Source: Octopus bimaculoides | Taxonomy: Eukaryota | Assembly: GCF_001194135.2 (NCBI RefSeq) | Contig: NC_068987.1 | Span: 91,696,498-91,760,497 of the forward strand | DNA length: 64,000 bases | Direction of reading: 5' to 3' | Part shown: positions 63,601 through 64,000 of the stretch, piece by piece | How the letters are laid out: each line of letters begins with the position of its first letter | How positions within the stretch are numbered: the stretch's first letter is position 1 | The notes under the pieces: model-generated | What the model was told of the DNA's origin: nothing | Databases searched by the model: none | What the model saw: the letters and a program-made list of their open reading frames with translations, nothing else | Made by a program: the position numbers and the translations under genes

Positions 63601-64000
63601 AAATTATATCATCATAAAACACCTTGTCACAGTAGCAACACACGTCACAATTACAAGGATTTGGAATATACTGAGGCCACAGTGGACCACCACGTTTATT
63701 AAAATCCGAACAAAAGATGCAAAGATAGCAATAGGTTAATAAGGAGAAGCACAGTTCAGTGGACAGGAAACACTCTCTGATCTGGAGACGATTCCCAATA
63801 AAAGAGATCCTATCTATCGGGAAGAGGAGCAATTAATTCTCTGGTCAGGTGGAATCCTTCATCTGTGACAAGGGAGGAGAAATATCCTTCTCGTACCCGG
63901 GCGATTGAAATGGGTTTCACATGCGTTCGAAATGTCACTACAATTGAAATAAAATACGTGTTTGAAATAAAAGAAAATTCCTGATATATATATATATATA

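Noticed and set aside
1-64000. Most ORF-track entries (poly-I/Y/L/S/N/D, HT/YI/CV repeats, X runs)
   Set aside because: They are translations of microsatellites or N gaps, which lack stops by composition.

Overview
This is AT-rich eukaryotic DNA from a gapped assembly. It is dense in di-, tri- and tetranucleotide microsatellites and decayed transposable elements. The SINE families and microsatellite load look cephalopod-like, probably Octopus; this is inferred from pattern recognition, not from a search. No complete protein-coding gene, intact tRNA or rRNA, or CRISPR array is supportable, and most ORF-track entries are repeat or N-gap artefacts. Recognisable content: (1) at least six fragments of R4/Dong-clade RLE-type non-LTR retrotransposons, from several lineages, all abutting (TAA)n arrays. 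(2) Three copies of an ~540-bp non-coding element bounded by trinucleotide arrays. (3) Several tRNA-derived SINE families. (4) RTE, CR1-like, L1/Tx1-like and possibly Penelope LINE remnants. (5) Three Tc1/mariner remnants, one DD41D-like and one with D46D spacing. (6) A Helitron with canonical termini. (7) A repeat carrying a minimal, dimer-type hammerhead ribozyme motif, intact in one copy and decayed and fused to a tRNA-like head in another. A few isolated candidate host exons are listed at low confidence. TE fragment boundaries are approximate unless stated.
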